A stretch of DNA of 64,000 bases from Isurus oxyrinchus (lineage: Eukaryota): contig JANJGN010001130.1 in assembly GCA_026770705.1 (NCBI GenBank), positions 124,001 through 188,000 of the forward strand, written 5' to 3'. Positions 25,059 through 38,301 of this stretch are shown here, one piece after another. The notes under the pieces are model-generated. The model did not search any database. It was not told where the DNA came from and saw only the letters and a program-made list of their open reading frames with translations. Position numbers and translations under genes: made by a program. Position 1 is the stretch's first letter. Each line of letters begins with the position of its first letter.

Positions 25059-26399
25059 AGATTTGTACAGCAACAATCTCATCATGGAACAGAAGAACGG
25101 CATTTGGCCCATCGACTCCATGCTGTCTCTCTGTAAAGCAATACAGTCAGTTCCATTCCCCCGCTCTATCCCCGTATCCCTGCAAGTTTATTTCCCCTCA
25201 AGTGTCCATCCAATTTCCTTTTGAAATCGTTCATCGTCTCCGCTTCCACCATCCTCGTAGGCAGCGAGTTCCAGCTCATTACCACTCGCTGTGTAAAAAA
25301 GTTCCTCCTCACATCAACCCACTGCCCAAAACCTTCAATCTGTGTCCCCCAGTCCTTGTCCCATCAGCTAATGGCAACAGCTTCTCTTTGTCTACCTTAT
25401 CTAAACCCATCATCATCTTGTACACCTCGATCAGATCCCCGCTCAATCTCCTTTGCTCCAAGGAGAACAACCCCAGCTTCTCCAACCCAACCTTGTAGCT
25501 AAAATCCCTCATCCCTGGACCCATTCTGCTCAATCTCCTCCCCACCCTCTCAAGGACCCTCACTTCCTTCCCAAAGTGAGGAGACCAGAACTGGACACAA
25601 TACTCTAGTTGTGACCTAACCAGAGCTTTATAAATGTTCAGCATAACCTCCCTGTGTTTGTTCTCAATCCCTCGATTTATGAAAAGCTTATTCTTTCCAT
25701 CAGCACAAACAACAATTTCCAAGCGGACTCCCATCAGCAGACAGAGTGCAATGAAACATCGGCATGCCTGCTTCTTAATGTACGGAGAGAAACCTGGAAC
25801 GAGAGATTCTCCTTCTTCTCCTCAGCAAGCTGAAACTTTTCCTTATACCTGGTGCTCCCCAGTCCTGCTGTGTGGACACATCATAACCACGGCATTGTCT
25901 GGCTGTGTGCAGCCAACATGGTCGAATAGGAATGAACAGAAATGTGACATTGCTAAACTCTGTTCTCTGATTGGAATGTGCTTTCTGAATGCTGCACCTT
26001 TTTCATGCTGCGATAGATTGTAAGAAGCATTTGGGTTGTGAATAAAATTACATTGATTAACACAAGTGATTAAAATGCTCAGCCTGTTCTGTAAATATTT
26101 ATAGATTAAAATTCTTATTTTGCTGCCAAATTCTTGCCTCAAAGAAAAGCTTCTTGTTGTCACATTTTCTCCATCATATAAATTCCTGTGCCCATCCTTA
26201 TAATAGAAATTTCCAATGTAAACATGTCACATTGTAGTTGCACGCTCCTGCCAGTGGTGGTGCCATTCCAAAGCTGTCTTGCTGCACAGACACAGTGAGA
26301 ATTATTCTCGACTTGTACATGATGTTGTTGTTCCACAGACATTAGGCGGAATCTTGGGCAGTGCCTAGAATGCACTTAGGACAGTGCAGACCACGCTCA

Positions 26400-28220
26400 G
26401 AACTGACAGTGCAGCGTTTCATCAGTGCTGACCCTCCGTCAGTGCAGCGCTCCCTCATTACTGTCCCTCTGACAGTGCTGCACTACCTCATTATTGACCC
26501 TTTTCAAGTCCAGCACCCCGTCAGCACTGACCTTCTGACAGTGCAGCACTCCCTCATTGCTGACAATCTGACAGTGCAGCACTCCCTCAGTACTCTCCCT
26601 CCCACAGTGCAGTACTCCCTCAGTACTCACCCTCCCAAAGTGCAGCACTCCCTCAGTACTCACCCTCCCACAGTGCAGTACTCCCTCAGTACTCACCCTC
26701 CCAAAGTGCAGCATTCCCTCAGTACTCACCCTCCCACAGTGCAGCACACCCTCAGTACTCACCCATTCACAGTGCAGCACTCCATCAGTACTCACCCTCC
26801 CACAGTGCAGCACACCCTCAGTACTCACCCTCCCACAGTGCATCACTCCTCAGTACTCACCCTCCCACAGTGCAGCACACCCTCAGTACTCACCCTCCCA
26901 CAGTGCAGCACTCCATCAGTACTCACCCTCCCACAGTGCATCACTCCCTCAGTACTCACCCTCCCACAGTGCAGCACACCCTCAGTACTCACCCTCCCAC
27001 AGTGCAGCACTCCATCAGTACTCACCCTCCCACAGTGCAGCACACCCTCAGTACTCACCCTCCCACATTGCAGCACTCCCTCAGTACTCACCCTCCCACA
27101 GTGCAGCACACCCTCAGTACTCACCCTCCCACAGTGCAGCACTCCCTCAGTACTCACCTCCCACAGTGCAGCACTCCCTCAGTACTCACCCTCCCACAGT
27201 GCAGCACTCCCTCAGTACTCACCCTCCCACAGTGCAGCACTCCCTCAGTACTTACCCTCCCACAGTGCTGTGCGAGTTGTTTAAATCAAGACTGGTGCCC
27301 AAAGAGGGAGGTTTCAATGCTAAATCATTGAAATCGGTGAAAAATATTTTTAGGCTGAGGGGAACAAGACTTCGTTCCTCATATCCTTTCTTTAGCAATA
27401 ACACACAGTACTAGAATCTCTGTTTAAATAAATTCCAGTTAAACTTTGCCATGAAAGGATATCTTCTCACACACCGCTCTACCACAGTACTAACCCTCCC
27501 ACAGTCCGGCATCCCCTCAATACTGACCTCCGACTGTGCAAATCTCACCCAGTACAGACCCGCTGACAGTTCAGCACTCCCTTATTACTGATCCTCGGAC
27601 AGTGCAGCACTCCCACATTACTGTCCCTCTGACAGTGCAGCACTCCCACATTACTGACCCTCTGACAGTGCAGCACTCCCACATTACTGTCCCTCTGACA
27701 GTGCAGCACACCCTCAGTACTGACCCTCCGACATTGCAGCATTCCTTCACTACCTGCCCTCTGACAGTGCAGCACTCCCACGTTACTGACCCTCTGATAG
27801 TGCAGCAGACCCTCAGTACTGACTCCACTAACACTGCAGCACTCGCTCAGTACTGACCCTCCCACAGTGCAGCACTCCCTCAGTACTATACTCCTGACAG
27901 TGAAGCACTCCCTTATTAATGACGCTCTTCCAGTGCAGCACTTCCACCTTACTGACCCTCTGACAGTGCAGCACTCCCACATTACTGACCCTCTGACAGT
28001 GCAGCACTCCCACATTACTGTCCCTCTGACAGTGCAGCACTCCCTCAGTACTGACCCTCCGACATTGCAGCAATCCTTCACTACTGGACCTCTGACAGTG
28101 CAGCAATCCCACATTACTGACCTTCTGATAGTGCAGCACTCACTCAGTACTGACCCTCACACAGTGCAGCACTCCCTCAGTACTATATCCCTGACAGTGC
28201 AGCACTCCTTCAGTAATGAT
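26400..28220 (+). repeat. 33-bp minisatellite arrays (26400-27270 and 27480-28220)
   Basis: Tandem units; the first array is homogenised to the ACTCACCCTCCCACAGTG variant. Confidence 0.95.
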
Positions 28221-28437
28221 ATCAGGGATTGTCAACATGTATCATACGGCCAGAGACCTGTATTGGGAACTTTATCGCCTGCGCTTCAGCCTCTGAGGTG
28301 AGGGGGAGGGGTCTAATCCCACGGAGCCAATGGAGAAGCTTGATGACTACAGCTGCCCAAATATGAGCTGACAGATCACACATGGTAAACGTTTTGCTGA
28401 GAGCACAAAACATCCTCGATCTTCTCACTGGTTACCC

Positions 28438-28577
28438 ACTTCCTCATTTTGTCTCACAGAGACACATCAACCCTTTCTAATTAAACACACAGAGGGAGCA
28501 GCACAGGAAGAGGTCATTCAGCCCAAGCAGAGCGTGTGGGCAGTTCCTCCCCAGGCGAGCTGTCGGACAGGTCCTGG
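28438..28577 (+). promoter_or_regulatory. Unit 6 putative promoter/non-coding exon 1
   Basis: ACTTCCTCATTTT, donor GG|GTAAGT at 28578. Confidence 0.5.
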
Positions 28578-29027
28578 GTAAGTAATGGAACGATTGGAAT
28601 TCACTTTCACCACCAACACCGTCCTTTGTTGATGTTGTGACTTTATAAAGACAGATTCCAATGATTGATGCCTTTGAAAGATTTCTACTGGTTATTGACA
28701 TCTGGGTTTGAGGCTCAAGTCTGTTGTACAGAACATCTTTCTAGCTCAAGGGATGAGGGAAGAGCAGAGACATGAGCTTTGGGACATCCTGAGGTCGTGA
28801 AAGGTGCTATAGAAATGCAAGTCCTTCCTTGTTTTTCCTTCTTAAAGCCTTGTAACTCTCTGCAGAACATCTATCATCCCACAGAGAATCAAACTATTCT
28901 GTGAAGACATTGTCTAAAAGCAGTTCTGATCTCTCGAGAGCTGTCGGACAAGAGGTGAGGTCTTATTAACTCCTTTCTCTTTCAGAACTTCAGAGTTAGA
29001 TGCTGAGGAAATATCTGGGAGTGGACA

Positions 29028-29067
29028 ATGATCGGGAAATCTTACTTCCTCCTGTCACTTCTCCAAG
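29028..29067 (+). CDS. Unit 6 leader exon (activating-type receptor, 281 aa)
   Basis: MIGKSYFLLSLLQ, AAG|GTAATA. Confidence 0.8.
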
Positions 29068-30269
29068 GTAATATCATTGTCAGCTCAGACAGATTTATGG
29101 TGAATAATCTTTGTAAAAGATCATTCTTATAGAGCTGTGATTGGGAACTGATTCAGCAATGAGCCAGTGTACAAACTCACACCAAGTCCCATTCACCCAT
29201 CACCCCTGTGCTCACTGATATACACTGACTCCCTGTCTGACAGCAGAATTGGAGGAGAGCAGAGATCTCAGAGGGTTTTAGGGTTCGAGGAGGTTACACA
29301 GATAGAGAGTGTAGAGGGGGGATGGTGGGGTAAGAAATCAATGATGAGAATTTGAAATTTGAGTCATTGCTGGACTGAGAGTCAGTGTAGGTCAGCCAGT
29401 GACAGGGGAGCGATCGGCTGAATAGAGAAGCAGGGATAAAAACTGGGAGATGAGGTCTATCCTGATGCTAGGACTCGGATAACAATGCCCTGAAATTTTG
29501 TGTCTTTTGCTGATTTTAATCAGAATTTCCCATGAAGACAACACAGCAGCTCCTAGAATAGACAGGCTGTTCAGTGTCACACTTCCTGTCCATTCTCACC
29601 TTGCTAGATACTTCAATAAGGGAGCAAGATAACTGAAAGAGAGAAGGAAGGTAAAGCTGTCTGTGTGTAAAACTGTCAAATATTCTGAGTTCTCATGAGT
29701 GTCTCTGATCTGCTGCAGTGTTTAAATTTCACAGAATCTGAGCACTTTGCAGCTCAGAGAGAGACCATTGACTCACTGCCTGAAAGGGCGGTGGAAGCAG
29801 ATTCAACAGGAACTTTCAGAAGGGGAACTGGATAAATACTTGAAGGAGACATTTTGCAGGGCTGTGGAGGAGAGAGCAGAGGTTAGAGTGGGACTAATTG
29901 GACAGATCTTTCAAAAGCCCAGCACAGGCTCGATGGGCCAAATGGCTTCCTTTTGTTCTGGATCATTCTACAATCTGATAAATTAAGACCCACATCAATA
30001 ACTCTTAAGGCTCCAGCTGCAGGGATGGATCTTTGAGAAGGACAGGGAACAAGAGGTTTCTGGTATCATTTTCAATTTTATTGACAATTACATAACAGTA
30101 TAGATTTGTTGAATATTTGAGTGTCTAAGGAGTAGAGGTAATCTGCACTTACGCCCAGATCTTGTGGTGGTAACCTTGTCTGGAGGTGTCTTTAAATGCT
30201 CACAGTGATCTGTGGGATTGTCATTCTTGGATGTTGTCCCTGGTTCCAATTGGCATTTTATCCTTGATG

Positions 30270-33077
30270 CAACTGGGGAGGTTTTAAACTAACATGGCAG
30301 GGGATGGGATCCCGAGAGGAGGTTCAGCAGAGGGAGATGCACAGCCAAAATTAGAAGAGAGAGCAAGTGAACCTGGAAGGCAGAGAAATTATTGGCCAGT
30401 TAAGGCACAAGATAGCGTAGCAAAGTTGGATTGTATTTATTTTAATGCAAGGAGTCTGACGAATAAAGCAGATGAGTTGAGGTCACAAATAACACATGGA
30501 TGTATGATGTCATTGCTGTCCCAGAGACATGGTTGAGAGAGGGGCAGGATTGGCAGCTCAATATTACAGGATACAGGGTCTTCTGGCAAGACAGGGAAGG
30601 AGGTAAAAGAGGAGGGGGTATTGCAAGATTGATCAAGGAATCAGTTATTGCAGTGAGGAGGGAAGACACCTTAGGGGGCTCCTCAAATGAAGCCATATGG
30701 GTAGAACCTAAAAACAAATAAGGAGCAATCAGCTTGCTGGGAGTGTTCTACAGGCCCAATGACACTCAGAGAAATAGAAGTGCAGATACAAAGGCAAAAT
30801 TCAGAGAAGTATAAAAATAATCGGGTTGTAATGGTGGGGCTTTTCACCTTCCCCAACAATAACTGGGTTAGTCATAGTGTGATAGTTTTCGAGGGGGCAG
30901 AATTGTTAAAATGCATCCAGGAGAGATTTTTAAGCCAGTACATAGAAAATCCTACAAGAGAGGGGTCGGTCCTGGAGTAAATTTTAAGGAATGTAACCAG
31001 GCAAGTTGTAGACGTATCAGTGGGGGAGCATTGTGCAGATAGTGATCATCATTCCATTAGATTCTAGGTTGTTATGGAAAAGAACAAGGATGGGCCAGAA
31101 ATCTGATTTCTCAATTGGGGGAAGGCTGATTTTAATAAGATCAAATATGATTTGGCCAGAGTGGAACTGGGAGCAGCTACCTTTAGGGAAATCTGCGTCA
31201 GAGCAATGGGACTCATTCAGGAAGGAAGTGGGGAGAGCACAGGGCCAACATATTCCAGTAAAGGCAAAGGGTGGGACCAACAAATCCAGGGAATCCTGGA
31301 TGTCGAGAGATTTACAGGATTGGATAAAGAGAAAAAGGGAGGCTTATGGCAGATACCGAGGGCTCAAAACAGTGGAAGCCTTAGAAGAGTATAGAATGTG
31401 TAGGGGGGACCTTAAAAAGAAAATTAGTAGAGCAAAAATGGGGCATGAAGAAACATTAGCAGGAAAAATGAAGGAAAATCCAAAGTTATTTTACAAGTAC
31501 ATTAAGAGTAAGAGGCTAACTAGGGAAAGAGTAAGGCCCATTAAGGACCATATTGGTAGTTTGTGTGTGGAACCGGAAGATGTAGGTAGGGTTCTAAATG
31601 AACACTTTGTGTCAGTGTTCACAAGTGAGAGGGGCAATGTGGGTTTGGAAATCAGGCAGAAGGACTGTGATATAGTTAAAGAAATTAGAATAGAAAGGGA
31701 GGAGGTTCTAAGTGGTCTGGCAGTCTCAAACGTAGATATATCTGCAGGCCCGGATGAAATGTATCTCAGGCTGTTGAGTGAGGCAAAGGAGGAGATAGCA
31801 GGGGTGCTGGCAATAATTTTCAATACATCTCTGGCCAGAGGAGAGGTACCAGAGGACTGGAGGACAGCCAATGTGGTAGCGTTATTCAAGAAGTGAGGAA
31901 GGGATAAACCAGGGAACAACAGGTCAGTCAGTCTAACCTCAGTGGTGGGGAAACTATTGAAAGCAATTCTGAGGGACAGAATTAATCTACACTTGGAGAG
32001 GCAGGGATTAATCAAGGACAGTCAGCATGGTTTTGTTAAAGGGAGGTCATGTCTGACCAGTTTGATTGAATTTTTTGAAGAGGTGACCAATTGTGTAGAT
32101 GAGGGCAATGAATTTGACATAGTCAACTTGGACATCAGCAAGGCTTTTGATAAGGTCCAGCATGGGAGACTGTAAACAAAAGTAAGAGCACATGGGATCC
32201 AAGGGAATTTGGCAAATTGGATCCAGAATTGGCTGAGTGCCAGGAAGTAGAGGGTGATGGTCGACGGGTGTTTTTGTGACTGGATGCCTGTGTCCAGTGG
32301 GGTTCCACAGGGATCGGTGTTGGGTCTCTTGCTGTTTGTGGTATATATAAACGGTCTAAACTTGAATGTAGGAAGGTTGATCAGTGACTTCGCGGATGAT
32401 ATGGAAATTGATGGGGTGGTAAATAATGAAGAGGATAGCCTTAGATTACAGGGGGATATAGATGGGCTGGTCAGATGGGCTGATCAGTGCCAAATGGAAT
32501 TTAACCTGGATAAGTGTGAGGTGATGCACTTGGGCAGGATAAACAAGGCACAGGAATAGACAATGAATGGTAGGACCCTGGAAAGTAACAAGGATCAGAG
32601 GGACCTTGGTGTGCATGTCCACCGTTCCCTTAAAGTAGTGGGACAGGTGGATAAGGTGGTTAAGAAGGCATATGGAATACTTGCCTTTATTAGCCGAGAG
32701 ATAGAATATAAGAGCAGGGAGGTTATGCTGGAACTGTATAGAACACTGGTTAGGCCACAGCTAGAATATTGCGTGCAGTTCTGGAACCTGCATTATAGGA
32801 AGGATGTGATTGCCCTCGAGAGGGTGCAGAGGAGATTTACCAGGATGTTGCATAGATTGAATCTGGAACTCACTGCCTGAAAGGGTGGGAGAGGCAGAAA
32901 CCCTCATAACATTTAAGAAGTATTTGGATGTGCACTTGTGATGCCATCGCATACAAGGCTTTGGGCCCAGTGCATTAATGGGATTAGAATAATTAGGTAC
33001 TTGTTTGACCGACGCAGATTCGATGGGCCAAAGGGCCTTTTACTGTGCTGTAGAACCCTGTGAATCTATGACTCTAT
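30270..33077 (+). mobile_element. Decayed CR1-type LINE (APE endonuclease + RT) in the unit 6 leader-V intron
   Basis: Fragmented ORF2: CIYFNARS, ETW, QHGFVKGRSCLT, SKAFDKV, VPQGSVLG, FADD, LEYCVQFW; many stops and frameshifts; CTATGACT-type tail. Confidence 0.95.
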
Positions 33078-33226
33078 GGGCTGAATTTCCTGCCTGTCGG
33101 GGGGGTGGGCCTGAATATTTAAATGAGGCAGGATGATGTCAGGGTTTCCTCCTGATGTCATCCCGCATCATCATAGTGTCACTGAGCAGGCCCCGCCCCC
33201 TGCTCGCCAACGGGAAAATTCAGCCC
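33078..33226. mobile_element. Short MITE related to 17136-17770, inserted in the LINE tail
   Basis: TIRs GGGCTGAATTTCC ... GGAAAATTCAGCCC. Confidence 0.75.
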
Positions 33227-33589
33227 GATGACTCCATGCAACAGGACTGTAAGGTGATTGAGGAGCGGGAATGGATCTGATTTCTCCTTGGTTAGGCCTC
33301 ACCGCTGATCCTTTGTGTGTAATGACTCCATAGGACCCTGGTCCTGAACAGAAACCTTGGAGATGAAGTCCCGTCCTTTCACTGAGGATACCCTCCATTG
33401 TGTTGTGTGGCACTACCACCATGCTGGATGAGCAGGTTATTGTTGAGTCAATGCCTCTTAATGTCCATTACACCTTTGTCACTTTGCTTATGATGAAGAG
33501 TAAATTAATAAGGTGGTGATTGGCCAGGTTGGATTTGTCCCGCTGGATTGGACATATCCCTGGGCAGTTTTTCACATTGCAGGTTCAGC

Positions 33590-36500
33590 AGGCCCTCCCT
33601 TCGATGCGCGGTAAAGGACATTGTCCAAGAGCAGGCACAGTGGAGTGCTGAGAGTCACAGTCAAAATGTTGTAGGTGATCTCAAATCCTTGTAAGCACTC
33701 GGCCAGCCAACAGCCTGAGATGGACACACATGTGGACAGTACTGACACCTGCCAATGGGCCCCTCATTTTCTTACCTTGACAGGCTGTCCCCACTATTTC
33801 CCACTGCCAAGTTGTCAAAGAATATCGGATCACAAAGATTCCAGTATGATGCCCTGCCTGCCTTTAAAAATGACTCCCCGGGAGATGCCTTGCTCATCCC
33901 AATAAGATCAAGTTGAATCAGGAGATCCTTCAATGATGCTTCCTCAGTTTCTGTAGCGTAGAAGCTTTCACCGTTCCCTCTTGCAGCTGCTGGCATTTGT
34001 GTTGTGCTAAATGGACTAGATCAATTGACAGACTTGCATTGTCCAGCAGGTGTAATGTTGGAGCTCCTTTGAAACTGCCAATATTGTTGAAACTTTCTGC
34101 ATATTTCAATGTTATGTCATGAATTGAGGTGATGGGGTAGTATGTGAAACTGGGACAAACATAAATCCATTGGCTTTTGGCCAGACTGGATAATCCTGGC
34201 AGTGGGTGGGGCCAGAAAATCCCACACCTATGGGACATTTTCAGTTTATTTGATGTGCTGAGAGAGATCATTAAGGACAACAATCCACAATTTATTGGCA
34301 AGCCACGTCAGGATATGTGTGAGAGGTGGAATATCGATCACCGCTCCTCGTCTCACCGTGCACATCATCGCCATTTCCTGGTTTGTCTGTCACCACATGT
34401 ATATGTTCCTGATGGGATAGTGGATGGTCATTCTTATTGCTTGAAGGTTCCCAGTTGTGTAGGGTCTGTTTGGATCAGCGCACGGCTCTTTGTAGCTGCA
34501 TCAGCCTTTGCTCTAGTGCCCTGCCGCTGTCAATGGCCCTTTCTGCCACAAGCCTTGCAGGAGTGGTGGAAAGCTGGGCATTTCCTTGGTGCCTGCAGAA
34601 GGCCACACCTTCCACACGTCTCACTAGGTTTGGATGTTCTAGTGAGTGTGTCAACAATTGATGTTGTACTGAGGACCTGTAAGCTTCGTTGACCTGCGAG
34701 GATTACTTCGTATTTATGTCCATCCTTGAGTAGCTCTTCAATGCTATAGGTTTTGGACTTATCTAGCAGATCTTTCTGGAAGGCTTCCATGGGAGTGGAT
34801 GCGATCACCAACTCAACAACTCTGTCTGCAGGCTCTGTGTTTGAAATCACAGTGCGTACCCTTTTCTCTACATTGGCTGACAAAGTGGTCTATGGATTGT
34901 GTAGGCTGATGAAATGACATAAACTCTAGTTGATGAATATGGAGTTTCACCTGATTCTGAACCTGTCTTCCAATGTCGTCCATATCTATTGGGGATCCTT
35001 TCACTCTTCTGCTGTTAATCCTGACGTGTTCAGCCTGTGTAGACCTTCATTCCCAATCACGAGGTGAATTTTTATGGGTGGCTCGTCTGGTTCAGTCACA
35101 CCTGAATCAGGAAACCAGAGCTCTGTACGCTGTTTAAACATTCTGAATTCAGATAGTCGGTCAGCTACATCCCAGTTCAAACTGGGGAATTTTGTGGACA
35201 TTCTGACAATATTCCTTTGACCTTCCTTCTCCTACAGGACCTGGGATGAGTGTCGCTTTAGCCCCTTTTGTGTGCTTTTCCGAAGCTCCGCCCACGAAGA
35301 CGGGTTGTGGCAGGAACACACCACGGAGTAATGGAGTCTTTGTTTTTTATTCAATTTGCTGTTCAGCAATCTCGAAGCCACCCGTTATAATCACTAACTT
35401 CTCTGGCCTGATTTTTATAATGGTTTTTGTGTGTTTGACTCTCGCTTGCTCACTATCGATCCAGCCCACACCCTGGTCACTCGCCTTCCCTGACTGAGCT
35501 AACCCGCTGCTGGTCCTGGCGATACACACTGTCCCACTCACTGACCTACAGGCCGTGTGCTGTAATCTCACCACGAGGGATCCGTCTGCTCCCCAGCTCT
35601 TTACTTGAGCTCTTTCCCGTCACTGTGTCTTCAAAGGTTTCCTGAGCAGTCAGTACACTGCAATTTCAACCCTCTCTGATGCTGTGTCTCTGTTGTGGTC
35701 TGACCAAAGCGTCGAGGGTCGTCTCATGTCATGTAGCTCGATCTAAGGCTGTTCACCACGTCATACCTGTACTGAATCTTGCTGCCAGAATGTTTGGCCA
35801 CCGCTGATCACCATGTTGTGTTTTTATAATGATATAAAGGCACCAACCACTGATACGGAATTGGGTAAATACATTGTGGGTTCAGTTATTTAGAACAGGG
35901 ACATGAGAACAGATATACAAGGATAGAAAGCTGGGAGACACCTGCAGCCAAACTGTGTGAGCTGTGTTCTGCTCACAGGCCAAAGTGAAACTTGGACTGA
36001 ATGGTGTTATCATCCCAACTGATGTTACTACTGGGCAAGTCAGATCCCAGGGTGGAACTCAGCTTGATAGGTCCTAACTTTTATTTTTTATTTAGGAATG
36101 TGGAGTGCGGCTACTGAACAGAGTCACAGAAGTCATCTGATGACCTTCTAACAAAAGAATAAAACATTTATTAAACTAGGAAAGACAAACTATATTACAT
36201 TCCTCCTTCACCCAGACCTATACATTTACAGATTCATAAGGATAACACAATTACAATAACTATCTTATACTCTCATGTTCACACTAAGTACACAGTCGAT
36301 GTAAACCAATAGATGACCTGTGGTCAGGGACACCACATTCTGAAACCAAGTGACAGAACCCACGTGAAACAAATGCTCCGGGTCCCTCCTCAACCTACTC
36401 CAGACAATTGTTACACCGTGAGGCAACTGGTCTAACGAAACTGCGTCTTTCACATGAGAGTTTCCAATCTCAAAGAGAGCCAAGTGCTTTCTTTGGAATC

Positions 36501-37380
36501 TTCTCCAACATGACACTTTCACTCAGATACCTTCCACAAGGGTCCACTTTCACTATTTCAAACTCTCCTTCCCATGTTCCTGCCCCCTGGATCGCCACGT
36601 GCATTCAGCCTTCCTTCCACGCCCTGTCTCTCCAATGCTCAGCCGTGTCAATGGAACACCATGGCTTCACATGGCCGTAGTAATGAGTCACCAACCTGTG
36701 GTGTCTCCTAGGATCTTCTGGCTTCTCACAAGCCTATTTTGCTTTAGGTCTGTGTCCTGCTGCTTTCTCCCTTTATGCTTGAAGCCTTCTTCTGCTCCTC
36801 ACTCTTAACTTCACTTAACAGGGCCTTTTCCAGATTTGACTAGAAGGTTTTCTTGGGCCCTTTCTCCTGTCAAACTCGATGGTTTTGGCTTCTTCTTTAC
36901 TTTGGGACTGACTATCTGTCCCGCTCCTTTGCTGCTTCTCCTGGCAACTCCTTTCAACAGAACTGAAAGTACTTTTCTGTTTTTCTCTGTCTCTGTGGGT
37001 CCTTCCCTCTGGATCACTGTTGCTAGGCAACAGCACAGTTTCTTACACCTTGTATTTGTTTTGACTTTCCTTCAACAGTCAGAAAACCTCAAAGGAATGC
37101 TGGCTTCTTTTAAAGTCAAATTCTATCTCTTCAAAACACCTAAACACAAAAATACAAACTAAACTTGAACTTAAAGATAGACCTTATGCCTAACACACAA
37201 ATAGACACATAGAACTGACTTAAGCCAACCGCCGTTCCTATAGATCACATGACACACTTCCCCTCGAGTGATGTCATGCTGCTGTCCCTGAAAGGCATAT
37301 TACAATAGTGTTATCACTTGGCAGGTGATGTGTGCCAGGCAGACCAAGTCCATGAGAGAAAGGTGGTCACACTATCATAA
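33590..37380 (-). mobile_element. Decayed Gypsy-like LTR retrotransposon (gag-pro-5' pol plus LTR region, probably with a nested LTR ~36023-37304)
   Basis: Minus-strand gag zinc knuckle CGRCG...CPAFHHSCKACGRKGH; LTR end ...CACAACA followed by TGG-starting PBS at 35813; boundaries approximate. Confidence 0.75.
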
Positions 37381-37932
37381 TGATTTTGCAATTTGTATTT
37401 ATTATGAGATGTGTGCACTGAATTCAGAAGCACTAATTACACCAAGAAAATTAGAGAATTAAAAAAATAAATTAAAATATTTGTCATCAAAATAAAAGGT
37501 TTCAAGCACATACATAAGACTACAATGACTGCTATAATAACTCCTCGAATTCCTAATTAACCTGATCCCCAGTTACACTCATTTTAAAGCAACAGACCAA
37601 AAATAGATGTAAGATTTAAAACAAACTCAGCAAGTTAACCCAATGCCCTGGACAGTGGAATTCCAAATGGATTTTCCCCAACTTCAGTTCTGTTGGATAG
37701 CAGGCTTGTGCACAAACAGGGTCCTGAGGACCATGAGCCAATGTAGAATGAACTTGTCCACTCCTGTGTCCAGGATTCCCTTCCATCCGTTGTGAAACCT
37801 TGGGGAGTTCCATGTGTGTCCTGTAGATGGTCCACACAGCAGCCACTGTGCCCCAGTGATGGAGGGAGTGGATATCGAGTCTAGTGGATCTACAAATTAT
37901 CCAGATTTAAATATTGATATTTCTCTCCCCAG

Positions 37933-38301
37933 TTGGACTGTCACAAGAATGGGAAAGTAACACTCCACGAGAGGTGACAGCGCAGGAAGGTTCATGTGTA
38001 CAGATTCCATGTCATTACAATTACCCATCACATTTGTTAGAGAAAACACGTGTCGGAATCTGGAATATGAGGAGGGACAAATGGAATACATTGTCTATAG
38101 CCTTTCACTCCAAGGATCACAGTCACGATTTACCACGGTTCCACCATCGGACCCGGCTGTCTGGAGACCTGAAAGATGGCGACTGTTCCCTGATTATAAA
38201 CAACATCACACGGGAAGATGCAGGACCTTATTTTTTCAGAATAGAATTTGACAATGGTCCGAGCCATAACTATTACCCTGTAACCCAGCTTCACGTTTCT
38301 G
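37933..38301 (+). CDS. Unit 6 V-set exon (most divergent C-C' region)
   Basis: 369 nt open; EGSCVQIPC...RVGIWNMRRDKWNTLSIAF...GPYFFRIE. Confidence 0.9.

Noticed and set aside
26590-27270. Many CACAGTG heptamers suggesting RAG RSSs / V(D)J rearrangement
   Set aside because: They are part of a minisatellite variant with no ACAAAAACC nonamer at 12/23 spacing. The V exons are complete (G strand included), end in splice donors and have no flanking RSS.
30270-33077. Active or domesticated reverse transcriptase
   Set aside because: Multiple stops and frameshifts; an ordinary decayed CR1.
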